Positions 9,660 through 18,813 of a DNA stretch of 64,000 bases are shown piece by piece. The stretch spans positions 2,976,001-3,040,000 of the forward strand of contig OZ219754.1 of the NCBI GenBank assembly GCA_964291295.2, given 5' to 3'. This DNA is from an uncultured Candidatus Binatia bacterium (GTDB lineage Bacteria; Desulfobacterota; Binatia; UBA9968; JAJDTQ01). The translations under genes and the position numbers were made by a program. Under the pieces are notes generated by a model. It ran no database searches. It saw nothing but the letters and a program-made list of their open reading frames with translations, and had not been told where the DNA came from. The first letter of the stretch is position 1. The number at the start of each line of letters is the position of its first letter.

Positions 9660-9745
9660 GCGAGGTCGGGGGACACGAGGGCTGGCCATGCGCCGGTCTT
9701 GGTGTCCTCGACCCGGAACACGCTGTTCGGGCCGGTCATCGTTCG
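9660..9745 (-). pseudogene. Possible tyrosine-integrase fragment
   Basis: Short peptide ..SVFRVEDTKTG.. resembles the TKT beta-hairpin of phage integrases; nothing else recognisable. Confidence 0.3.
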
Positions 9746-9787
9746 ATGATTCCGCTCGAATCGGAAAGTGTGCCACCGCGACCGGTT

Positions 9788-11500
9788 TCAGCCGGGAAAA
9801 TCGATACGCCATGCGGCCGCTGCGATTCTTGCCATGGTCTCCTGGCGCGCCTCGATGGTCTCGGGCGTCCATTCCGTGTATTTGCGCGCGATGTCCTGGG
9901 TCGTCTGGAAGCGGCTGTTCGCGAACACTGCCCGCTTGGCTTCATAGTCGGCATTGCCGGCGCCGCGATTCAGGCTCGCTTCCAGCAACGCCATGTTGCC
10001 GAGGCGCGATGTCTGCTCGTCCAGGTCTCCTTCGCCGAATCGGTCCCAGCCGTCTTCAGGATTCAGCGGACAGATATGCTCCAAGGTTATCCGGCTGTCC
10101 TCGAGGTCCAGGCGATTGCCCGAGGCCCGCCGCTCCAATTCGAACAGAATATAGCGGACGACCCGCTTGTTTCGCGTCTGCCCAACGCCGATGGACTTCT
10201 CGGCGAAACTCAGCCGGAACCGCTTGTCATCGGTATAGACCGTTCGCAAGCGGGCCATGATCTCCGAGATCGAGGAAGGATCGCCCCTCGAGATCCTCTG
10301 GGCCTCCGCATGGTAAATCCGCTCCTGCTCGCTTCCGTGAAGGCCGCCGATGACATTATAGCGGAAGGAGATAATGACTACGGAGTGCAGCAGTCTCTCG
10401 AAGTCCGCATCGCCAAGAGAACGCCGGGCAGCCAGCAGCAGCGGGAACGGCTGGCGGACACTGAACATGCGAAGGATCCGGGCATGCTGCTTCCACTCCA
10501 TGGGCCAGTCGGAGCCATCCGGTTGCGTCAACGCCAGATAGGCCTCGATATCGGCCTCGAGCTCCTGCAGGAGCGAAAACGCATCCCCCCTGTCCCGGAC
10601 TTGGGCGCGGACAGTCTTGAAAAGGTCCGACAACCGGACCGTGGTTCTCCGGCTTATCCAGTGGACACGCAGGAAATCCGGGAAACTTTCTTCTCCGAGC
10701 CTTCCTGTGATTCCGTTCCAGCGGCCTTCCAGCGCCTCGGTCTCACGCTCATGTTCACCTTGGCGATGCAGGAGCGAGAACAGGTAGTTTTTCAACAGGT
10801 CGGTCGCCGAGAGCTTCACGCCCCGCGCATTCAGCGTTTCGAATACCCGGTAGGCGTTCAGTTCATCGGTGACTGTGATGACGGTAAAGAGCAGTTTGTC
10901 GCTCATCCCGTCGATCAGCCGCACGACCGCCAGACCGGGGTCTTCCTCTTCGTCCAGATACTCCCGAAAACGACGGTCGAACCACTCGAACGCCTTGCGC
11001 ATATCGTGCTCCGACCTTTTGAATCCCCGTTTCGGCAGAGGCGAGATCAGCGGAACCAGATATGTCTGGAAATAGCGGTCATTGTTCCGGTTCAGTTTCA
11101 GCTTGGGTTCCGATACCAGCGTCACCGGATCCAGGTATCCGATATAGCCCTGCCGCAGGCTCTCAAGCCGCTTGCGGGTGTTTTCGGTATCCCGCCCCTT
11201 TTCCAGCAGAACCTGCAATTGCCGCAAGGCGGCCAGCACGAGAATATTCAGGGTTGTCAGGCGTTGTTGCCCGTCAATGATGTCGAACCTCTTGCCGTCC
11301 TCCGACTGCAGGACGAGATAGCCCATATAATGCGCCGGCTCCCCCTCCGGGCGCATGACCTCACGAATATCGTGCCAGAGGTCGTCCCACTCCTCTTCGC
11401 CCCAACTGTAGTCGCACTGGAACGGCGGCACCCGGTAGAGCAGGCCATTGCCCATCAACTGACGCCAGGTGCTGTTGTTCGTGTTGAAATTCGTAGCCAT
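9788..11500 (-). CDS. DUF262-DUF1524 (GmrSD/SspE-like) ParB/Srx-fold NTPase plus HNH nuclease
   Basis: YRVPPFQCDYSW, IIDGQQRLTT, AYRVFETLNARGVKLS; C-terminal TLEHICP..LGNMALLEASLN. Confidence 0.9.
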   Translation of the reverse strand: MATNFNTNNSTWRQLMGNGLLYRVPPFQCDYSWGEEEWDDLWHDIREVMRPEGEPAHYMGYLVLQSEDGKRFDIIDGQQRLTTLNILVLAALRQLQVLLEKGRDTENTRKRLESLRQGYIGYLDPVTLVSEPKLKLNRNNDRYFQTYLVPLISPLPKRGFKRSEHDMRKAFEWFDRRFREYLDEEEDPGLAVVRLIDGMSDKLLFTVITVTDELNAYRVFETLNARGVKLSATDLLKNYLFSLLHRQGEHERETEALEGRWNGITGRLGEESFPDFLRVHWISRRTTVRLSDLFKTVRAQVRDRGDAFSLLQELEADIEAYLALTQPDGSDWPMEWKQHARILRMFSVRQPFPLLLAARRSLGDADFERLLHSVVIISFRYNVIGGLHGSEQERIYHAEAQRISRGDPSSISEIMARLRTVYTDDKRFRLSFAEKSIGVGQTRNKRVVRYILFELERRASGNRLDLEDSRITLEHICPLNPEDGWDRFGEGDLDEQTSRLGNMALLEASLNRGAGNADYEAKRAVFANSRFQTTQDIARKYTEWTPETIEARQETMARIAAAAWRIDFPG

Positions 11501-11689
11501 TCGCGTGCCGAATTGCCGACAAAGCCGCTTCGGTCCGCGGCTCGAAATTCGAATTATAGCAGGCAGACCGGCCTTTCGCGGCAAGCTTTGCCCGGAAACC
11601 GAAGGCTTGGCCGCATACGGTCCGTCATGCCGGATTCGGGGCGCCTGCGGCGGCGGCCCGGCAGGGAGGCGCTTGGAGGTATGTTACGG

Positions 11690-12330
11690 ACGGCAATGCC
11701 GTGTTCGACGACCCAGGCGAACCGCTTCTCGCCATCCACGAGTGTGATGGGAGCGGCTCCCGCGGCGAAGGCGGCGTCCTGAGTGCCCTTCGAGAACCGG
11801 GAAGTCCTGAAGATAGTTCCACGAACTGCTTCGAAGCGGTACAGGGAACCTCGAAGCGCGTCGAGATCCTTGCGCTGTATCGGGCGGCGGTGGCGCCTGG
11901 CTTGGACTACTTCCCGGATCGAGGTGATACCAACCTTGATGTCGGCGACGACATCGGCTCCGCCATTACCTGACCGGGATGTGGCTTCCACGTTCCGGTA
12001 ATCCATTTCCCCGACAGTCGTTTGATCAGGTGTTCAACTGCGAACGGTTCCATGTCCTGAAGCTGATCATGCAGGCTATCGCGCACCGTTTGGGCGTGCT
12101 GCGGTACCAGTGTCCACACTTGGTTGTGGTTTCCAGCTACGGTATTGCCTTCGTTTTTGTTCTCCTGGAGGTAACGCAAGCCGTTGGGTGTCGCAGAGTA
12201 TAATCTCCCCCTTCGCTCAATCAGGCCACGAGATTGACGAGACGCCGGCCCATCGTGTCCTTGATCACGGACTCGGCGCGGATTGAAGAGCTGCGATTGA
12301 GGTAGTCTGCCCACTGGTCGAGTAGACCTC
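11690..12330 (-). pseudogene. mrr: Mrr-family type IV restriction endonuclease, 5'-truncated and frameshifted
   Basis: LQDMEPFAVEHLIKRL then a frameshift into MDYRNVEATSRSGNGGADVVADIKVGITSIREVVQARRH..GTIFRTSRFSKG..APITLVDGE; DGGxD is NGGAD and QAK is QAR. Confidence 0.75.
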
Positions 12331-12342
12331 CACGTAGGCCAG

Positions 12343-12512
12343 GAGCCTGTGCCGCAGAAAGTTTTCGTGGGACAGAGATCCACCAGAGTCCCACTTGGCG
12401 CCCAATTCATGTCCAATAATGGGACAAGGCTACACGTTTCTGGCATTTTGGACGAGAATCTGGCCATGCTCTCCCACCGGTCACATCCCGGAGCGTCCTG
12501 CAGCACAGGCTC
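12343..12512. mobile_element. 170-bp MITE-like element with terminal inverted repeats
   Basis: GAGCCTGTGCCGCAG...CTGCAGCACAGGCTC (14/15 IR), flanked by CCAG and CTAG; no transposase inside. Confidence 0.7.
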
Positions 12513-13673
12513 CTAGGGCCACAGGGTGTTATCGGCGAGTGCCTGTTGCAACCGGTCGGTGGACCAGACGTCGATCCCGTCCCCGGTCCGGAACGACCGC
12601 TTGCCGCCGTAGGCCAGCACGCGCCGCGCGATTCCCGGAAGCTCCGCGATCGCGCGCAATCCCGGCAGCATTCCGGTGTGATAGCGCGGCTGCGACTTGA
12701 CCTCGATCGCCGCCAGCTCGCCGCCCCGGCGCAGCAGAAAATCGACCTCGGTGCGGTTCGCCGGGTGCGGCGCCCAGTAGTGCATCTCGTCGAACAGCCC
12801 ACCCTGCTCACCGTGCGCCCGCAGGAGGTGCAGGACCCAGCCTTCCAGGAGCGCGCCGCGTTCCTCGGGTGCGATCGGCCCGTGGAGCCTCTTCACCGCG
12901 CGGACCAGGCCGGGATCGACCCAGTAGAGCTTCGGATGGCCGCGCTCGCGCGTCCGCAGCCGCGGCTGGAACGCGGGCAGGCGGAACGCGAGCAGCGTGT
13001 CCTCGAGGATGTCCAGATAGCCCTGCACGGTGGTGCGCGCGACACCGCAGTCGCGCGCGATGCCGGATATGTTCACAACCTGGCCATGACAAAGCGCGGC
13101 GATCGGCAGGAAGCGCGCGAACCCCGGGAGATTCCGGACAAGACCCTCGGCCCGGACCTCCTCGCGGAGATAGAGCCGGACATAGCTCTCGAGAACCGCC
13201 CGCCGTTCCTCGGCGGCCCAGACCAGGGGGATGGTCCCGGTATCGAGGGCGGTATCAAGGTCGAAGTCGCCGCCGAGCTCGGCCGGGGTCAGGGGGTGCA
13301 TGGTCTTGTGCAGCGCCCGGCCAGCGAGCAGATTGACGCCGGCCGCCTTGAGCTTTCGCGCGCTCGATCCGAGCAGGGCGAAGTTGAGACGCCGATCCTC
13401 GATATGCCGGTGCACTTCGTTGAGCAGATTGGGCAGGCGCTGGATCTCGTCCACCACCACCCAGCTCCCGGGAGGCACGGACTGGAGATCCGCGGCGAAG
13501 AGGGACGGATCGGCGAGGTAGTCCTGGTAGCGGGCCTCGTCGAGCAGGTCGATACGCGGCGCATCGGGAAACTGCGCTCGCGCCCAGCTGCTCTTGCCGG
13601 CCCCGCGGACGCCGAGCAGAAAGAAGCTCTGCGCGGGCGGGCGGATCAGCCGGGGATAGGTCGTTCCCGCCAT
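12513..13673 (-). CDS. AAA_14 ATP-binding protein with DUF4143 and C-terminal PD-(D/E)XK-like motif
   Basis: GVRGAGKS; VVVDEIQR; LGSSARKLK..NLLAGRA; HPKLYWVDPG; EVDFLL..AIEVK. Confidence 0.92.
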   Translation of the reverse strand: MAGTTYPRLIRPPAQSFFLLGVRGAGKSSWARAQFPDAPRIDLLDEARYQDYLADPSLFAADLQSVPPGSWVVVDEIQRLPNLLNEVHRHIEDRRLNFALLGSSARKLKAAGVNLLAGRALHKTMHPLTPAELGGDFDLDTALDTGTIPLVWAAEERRAVLESYVRLYLREEVRAEGLVRNLPGFARFLPIAALCHGQVVNISGIARDCGVARTTVQGYLDILEDTLLAFRLPAFQPRLRTRERGHPKLYWVDPGLVRAVKRLHGPIAPEERGALLEGWVLHLLRAHGEQGGLFDEMHYWAPHPANRTEVDFLLRRGGELAAIEVKSQPRYHTGMLPGLRAIAELPGIARRVLAYGGKRSFRTGDGIDVWSTDRLQQALADNTLWP

Positions 13674-13854
13674 GGTGCCATCATATTTCGAAGAAAGATG
13701 ACGATATATTGTCAGTCGGGCATCGGCGAGTCAAGGACGCGGCGCAAGCACTTCTTGCCGGTAACCCATTCCTCCCGGCTGCGCGCCGCAACGAATGCCA
13801 CAGCCGCTGCGCCTGGCTCGGCGAGATGGAGGAGCGGCTGCGCGGCGAGCGGGG

Positions 13855-14520
13855 TCAAAGGGCTGTGGGTACGGCCAGGATCTTCGTCTGGAGCCAGTTC
13901 GACAAATCCTCGAGGCTCCGGGAACTGATCTCGTGTCCCATGTCGTATTCGCGGTACTCCACCGGAACCTGCAGCTTCTCGAGCAGCGTCAGGGAATGTC
14001 TGGCCCGCGCCAGCTCGATGAGTTCGTCGCGCTTGCCGTGCTGCACCAGGGTGGGCAGCGTGTCCACCCGCTGGGCCACGCCCATCGCCGACAGCGTACC
14101 CTCCCGCAGCCAGGAACTCAGGATGCACATGCCCGCGAAGCGGTCCGGCTGGGAAAGCCCGAGGCTGCAGGCCATGCCGCCGCCCTGGCTGAAGCCCAGC
14201 AGCACGAGCCTGCGGCGGTCCAGCGGATATCGCTCGTGGCATTGGTCCACGAACGTCCGCAGCCGGTCCCGTGCGGCAAGGAAGGCGCCGGTATCGATGT
14301 CGCCGCCCAATGACATGGGGAACCAGGCGTAACCGGTCACGCCCGGGCCCAACGGCACTTCCAGGGGGGCCTGCGGGCAAAGGAACCGGAACGCCCCGCC
14401 GCACAGGTTGGGGGCCAGACCCAGCAGGTCGGCGGCGTTGGCGCCTCGACCGTGCAGGGCCAAGATGGTCGGATGGGGCCCCTCTCCTTCTGGTTCGTAC
14501 ATGCAGTGCAGCAGTTCCAT
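13855..14520 (-). CDS. Phospholipase/carboxylesterase (alpha/beta hydrolase)
   Basis: LHGRGAN, PQAP, GFSQGG, HGKRDELI, MGHEI. Confidence 0.9.
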   Translation of the reverse strand: MELLHCMYEPEGEGPHPTILALHGRGANAADLLGLAPNLCGGAFRFLCPQAPLEVPLGPGVTGYAWFPMSLGGDIDTGAFLAARDRLRTFVDQCHERYPLDRRRLVLLGFSQGGGMACSLGLSQPDRFAGMCILSSWLREGTLSAMGVAQRVDTLPTLVQHGKRDELIELARARHSLTLLEKLQVPVEYREYDMGHEISSRSLEDLSNWLQTKILAVPTAL

Positions 14521-14522
14521 GA

Positions 14523-15470
14523 CTATTCCATCGCCGCCCTGAGATCCTTGACGTAGTCTTCGATAGCGGCATCCATGGTGTATTGCGGTTCCCAGCCCAG
14601 GTATTGCCTGGCCCGCGATATGTCCAGCGGCACGCTGACCGCCACATCCGGCGGCCTTCCGGGAATCACTTCCACCTCCAGCCCGGGGAATTGCCGCTCC
14701 ACGGCAGCCACGAGGTCGTCGAAGGTCGTCACCTGTCCGACGCCGATGTTGAAGGTGGTCTTCTCGGGCACCGGCACCGTCGCCGCCAGGTCCACGGCAC
14801 GCCCCATGTCCTTGGCGTAGACGTACTCGAAGGTCATGGTCTGGGCTTGGGGGATCCTCGCCACCTCGCCGCGGATCCCCGCCTCCAGCAGCATCTGCAC
14901 CTTCTCGCCGCCCCCGGAGCCGCCCCAGAAGTGGCCGAGTCCGTAGGCATTGGCCAGCCGCAGAGTCAACAACTCGAAACCGTAGAGGCGCTGGTACGCT
15001 TCCGCCAGCAGCTCCTTGGTGGCCTTGGAGTTGCCGTAGCCGGCCCCCGGGCCCCGCGGCATCTCCTCGTGGGTGGGGTGGTCCCCGGCGCGCCGCCGAT
15101 CATAGGCGCCGAAGGTGCTGATCAGAACGAAGCGCTTCACACCCGTGAGCCGGGCCGCCTCAAGCACGTTGAGGGTTCCCTCCACGTTGATCTGGAGCCC
15201 GCTGTAGAGGGACTCCACCACGCGCCCGCCAATGAGTCCGGCGGTGTGCACCACCGTCTCCGGCCGGTAGCGCTGCATGGTCTCCGTCAGCGCCGGCAGG
15301 TCCCGGATATCCTTTTGCACCACCTCCACGTCCGCCGTCCCCAGCTTCCGGTGCAGGTATTCGGTGCGCGGCATGAAGTCATAGAAGACCAGCTTCTCGC
15401 GGCGCTTCAGCGCGCACTGCGCAAAGGATGTACCCACCAGCCCCACTCCCGTCACAAGCGTCGTTCCCAT
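14523..15470 (-). CDS. NAD-dependent epimerase/dehydratase
   Basis: LVTGVGLVG, VVHTAG, YGNSK (YxxxK), FNIG. Confidence 0.9.
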   Translation of the reverse strand: MGTTLVTGVGLVGTSFAQCALKRREKLVFYDFMPRTEYLHRKLGTADVEVVQKDIRDLPALTETMQRYRPETVVHTAGLIGGRVVESLYSGLQINVEGTLNVLEAARLTGVKRFVLISTFGAYDRRRAGDHPTHEEMPRGPGAGYGNSKATKELLAEAYQRLYGFELLTLRLANAYGLGHFWGGSGGGEKVQMLLEAGIRGEVARIPQAQTMTFEYVYAKDMGRAVDLAATVPVPEKTTFNIGVGQVTTFDDLVAAVERQFPGLEVEVIPGRPPDVAVSVPLDISRARQYLGWEPQYTMDAAIEDYVKDLRAAME

Positions 15471-15561
15471 GATCGTCCAACTCCTCTCCTTGCAGCCGTT
15501 CTCCCGCCGGGCGCGGCCCCGGGGCCGTTATCGGGCGGCCGTTCCAGGCCCGTTGCGGAGC

Positions 15562-16641
15562 TTATCCCCGCAACCGCGGCATCACGCTGTCCGCCAGCAT
15601 GTGGATCGCCTCTTCGTAGTCCGGGCCGAGCTTGGCGAAGGCGATCTCGTCGTAGCCCATCTCACCGGCCTGCCTGGCGATGTCCACGATCTGATCGGCC
15701 ACCTCGTCCGGACGCCCGGCAACGTAGTAGTTGAGGACCATCTCCTCGGTCACCCGGGCCGCAGCCTCCTCCACGGTGGCGCCTCTGGCGAACGCCTCCT
15801 TGAGTTCCAGCACCCTTTCCCGCTCCACGTTGAGGCGGCGGTATTCCTCGACGGTGAACTGGAGCGCTTCCCATTGCAGGATTGAATGGGACACCTGACG
15901 CTTGGGAAACTCGATGGCCGCCTCACGGTCCCGCGACACCGACACATTGAGTTCGACCATCTTGCGCAGGCTCTTTCCGGGATCGACGCTGCGGGCGCCG
16001 GCCTCGGCCATCGCATGCATCTCCTTCAAGCGGCCCGCGCGCAGCATGGGGATGAAGGTCCCCGAACTGATGAGCCCGTCCATGACCTGGCCCCCCATGC
16101 GCAGCGACCGGGGGCCGTTGCCGCCGGAATAGATCGCCACCGGGGATGCGGGCTTGAAGGCAAGTTCGAAGCCTCGAGCCGGATTCAGGTGGAAATATTC
16201 GCAGAGCACGGGGAACTCGCCATACGGAACGCGCGCACCCTCAAGGGCGCGGCGTGTAAAGACCGCCAGCTCCCGCACCAGCGCCAGGGGCCTGTGCACG
16301 GAAACGTTCTGCGGCGTCTGCGCCAGGTCGCCGCGGGCGATCCCGAAGCCGATCTCCCGCCCTTCGGCCAGCTCGGACAGGGTTGCCAGCGAGTCCACCA
16401 CCTCGATGGGATGGTGCAGGTACGGCACCAGGACCGCGGTGCCGATGCCGATGGGAACGCGTGCGGCGATGGCGGCAAGCAGCACCACCTGACTCCGGTA
16501 GCGCGCATTGTCGTTGACCCAGATGCGTTCGAACCCCCGCCGCTGAGCCAACCCGGCCAACTCCACGAGCTGATTCGCGGTGTAACGGTTGGCCAGGTGG
16601 GTCACGAACTGGAGCCCGAGCTTGCCTTCGAATGCCGCCAT
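15562..16641 (-). CDS. LLM-class flavin/F420-dependent oxidoreductase (Mer-like)
   Basis: GFERIWVND, IGTAVLVPY..HP, ATLSELAEGR..GIARG, GPRSLRMGGQVMDG. Confidence 0.85.
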   Translation of the reverse strand: MAAFEGKLGLQFVTHLANRYTANQLVELAGLAQRRGFERIWVNDNARYRSQVVLLAAIAARVPIGIGTAVLVPYLHHPIEVVDSLATLSELAEGREIGFGIARGDLAQTPQNVSVHRPLALVRELAVFTRRALEGARVPYGEFPVLCEYFHLNPARGFELAFKPASPVAIYSGGNGPRSLRMGGQVMDGLISSGTFIPMLRAGRLKEMHAMAEAGARSVDPGKSLRKMVELNVSVSRDREAAIEFPKRQVSHSILQWEALQFTVEEYRRLNVERERVLELKEAFARGATVEEAAARVTEEMVLNYYVAGRPDEVADQIVDIARQAGEMGYDEIAFAKLGPDYEEAIHMLADSVMPRLRG

Positions 16642-16929
16642 CATCCTCCCTCGCGACCTTGCACGGTGTGTTCAAGCGCGTTCATTCTCATCCTCCCCAC
16701 GACCGGCGTCAACCGCACCGGGGTGTATCTTCAGTGGCCGGTCCGCCCCGGCGACTCCTGCCCGCGCCCCGCGTCCCACGTCCCACGTCCCCGCGCTCCC
16801 CGACCCGCCTTCCGGCGACGAACCGTGGCCGCGGCGGTTTCGTCGCACGGCGGTTTCATAGTAGATTCAGGGCATCGCGTCGGACCGGCCGCGGTCCGGC
16901 AGCCCCAACCTTTCACCCGACGAGGAAGC

Positions 16930-17739
16930 GTGACTCCCACGACGACTCTTGCAGCGCTTGGCCTGCTGCAGGGGCTCACCGAGTTCCTGCCCGTCAGCAG
17001 TTCCGGACATCTCGTCCTGCTCCAGTCCTGGCTGCCCGGGTTCCGGGAGCCCGGGGTCCTGTTCCATGCCACGGTGCACGTGGCAACGCTCGGGGCCGTG
17101 CTGCTGTACTTCCGCCGCGACGCCGCGGCGCTGGCCCGGGCCGCGGTCCGGCCCCGGCGCTCCGACGCCGCTTCCGTCCGCATCCTCGGGCTCGTCATCA
17201 CCGGCACCGTTCCCACCGCCTTGATCGGCCTTCTCTTCAAGGACACGCTGGAGAGCCTTTTCGCCAGCGCCTCCACTGCGGCCGGCATGCTGCTGGTGAC
17301 CGGCGCATTGCTCGTCGCCACGGACCGCGTGCGCGCGCGCGCCGCCGGCATACGGGACATGCGCGTCCGGCACGCGCTCCTCATCGGCATCGCCCAAGGC
17401 CTGGCCATCGTGCCCGGCCTGTCGCGGTCCGGCGCCACGGTTGCGACAGGGGTGTTCTGCGGCCTCAAGCGCGACCTTGTCCTGCGCTACTCGTTCCTGC
17501 TCTCGGTACCCGCGATCCTCGGAGCCTTTGCGCTCCAACTCCTGACTCACGGAATCCCCAGGATGCAAGAAATCAATGCGCCGGGTTACGCGCTGGCCTT
17601 CCTTGCCGCCTTCGCCGCCGGATACTGCAGCATCGGCGTGCTCTTGAGAATGTTGCTGTCGCGCCGGCTCACGTGGTTCGCGCTCTATTGCTGGGCGGTG
17701 GGCCTCGCCGTGCTCATCGCATCGGGTCTTGCCGCGTAG
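16930..17739 (+). CDS. uppP: Undecaprenyl-diphosphate phosphatase (UppP/BacA)
   Basis: GLLQGLTEFLPVSSSGH and PGLSRSGAT motifs; GTG start after GAGG. Confidence 0.93.
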   Translation: MTPTTTLAALGLLQGLTEFLPVSSSGHLVLLQSWLPGFREPGVLFHATVHVATLGAVLLYFRRDAAALARAAVRPRRSDAASVRILGLVITGTVPTALIGLLFKDTLESLFASASTAAGMLLVTGALLVATDRVRARAAGIRDMRVRHALLIGIAQGLAIVPGLSRSGATVATGVFCGLKRDLVLRYSFLLSVPAILGAFALQLLTHGIPRMQEINAPGYALAFLAAFAAGYCSIGVLLRMLLSRRLTWFALYCWAVGLAVLIASGLAA

Positions 17740-18619
17740 GCTGCGGGTCCAGACGCCGGGCCTGCTCAAGGAACCGCCGAAGCCGCCGCACCGCGGCAAC
17801 CCCGCTCCCGGTCGCCGCCTCCATCACGCGCAGGATGATGCGGCGGATGCCCGCAGCGCGATACCGGACCATGTCCTCCAGGGCAGGGAAGCTCCCGTCG
17901 GGGGTCAGCACCACGGAAAACTCCATGCCGCCGGCATCGCGTCCGCGCGCTTCGGCAGCCCGGCACACGCTGGCAACGGCGTCGGCGGCCTCATCCACCG
18001 GCAGGTCGCCGGGACACCAGCCGTCAGCGTAACGGGCCACCCGGGCCGGAGCGTAGCGCGGATCGTGAATTCCCAGAACGACCGGCGGATGGGGTTTCTG
18101 AAGCGGCTTGGGGAAGAGCCGGACCGGCGGAAAGCGCACGAACTCCCCATCGTAGGCGGCCTCCTCCATGGTCCACAGCACCTTCAACGCCTCCACCCCC
18201 TCGCGCAGAGCCTTCCACCGGCGCTTGAACGGGACCCCGAGGATCTCCGCTTCTTCCGGGAACCAGCCGGCCCCCACGCCCATGATGAACCGGCCGCCGC
18301 AGTGCCGGTCCAGGGTGGCCGCCGCCTTGGCCGTGGCGATGATGTCGCGCTGCGGCAGGATGCAGATGCCGGTGGCCACCCGCAGATGGTCGGTGGCCTG
18401 GGCCGCCATGGCCGCGGCGATGAAGGGGTCCGGCAGATGCGCGAACGACTCGGGCACCTTGCCGTCCGGGGCGCGCTTGTAACGGGACTTGTAGCGAACC
18501 GGAATGAGCATGTGCTCCGGAAACCACAGCGACTCGAAGCCCAAGCGTTCCACCTCCCCGGCGATGTCGCCGACCCGACCCGACTGTTCCGTCGAAAACA
18601 GGGACAGACCCAGATCCAT
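17714..18619 (-). CDS. LLM-class (probably F420-dependent) oxidoreductase, Rv2161c-like
   Basis: GFESLWFPEH, DPF, TGICILPQRD..AK..ATLD..GGRFIMGVGAGW, PKPLQKPHPP. Confidence 0.9.
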   Translation of the reverse strand: MDLGLSLFSTEQSGRVGDIAGEVERLGFESLWFPEHMLIPVRYKSRYKRAPDGKVPESFAHLPDPFIAAAMAAQATDHLRVATGICILPQRDIIATAKAAATLDRHCGGRFIMGVGAGWFPEEAEILGVPFKRRWKALREGVEALKVLWTMEEAAYDGEFVRFPPVRLFPKPLQKPHPPVVLGIHDPRYAPARVARYADGWCPGDLPVDEAADAVASVCRAAEARGRDAGGMEFSVVLTPDGSFPALEDMVRYRAAGIRRIILRVMEAATGSGVAAVRRLRRFLEQARRLDPQPTRQDPMR

Positions 18620-18813
18620 GATGCGCTCGAGACCTCCGCGTTGTCTTTCGTCGCCGTTCCCGCTATACGCTACGAACGTTCCGCCGGCCGCGTCCTTCGA
18701 TGCCGATCCGCCACGCCCGGAACCCGCAGCCGCGGCACCGGAACCCTTGCGGAACCCCCTGTGGAACTGTGTGGCGGAAGCCCGCCATGCCGCCTGCTCC
18801 GGAGGAGGATAAC

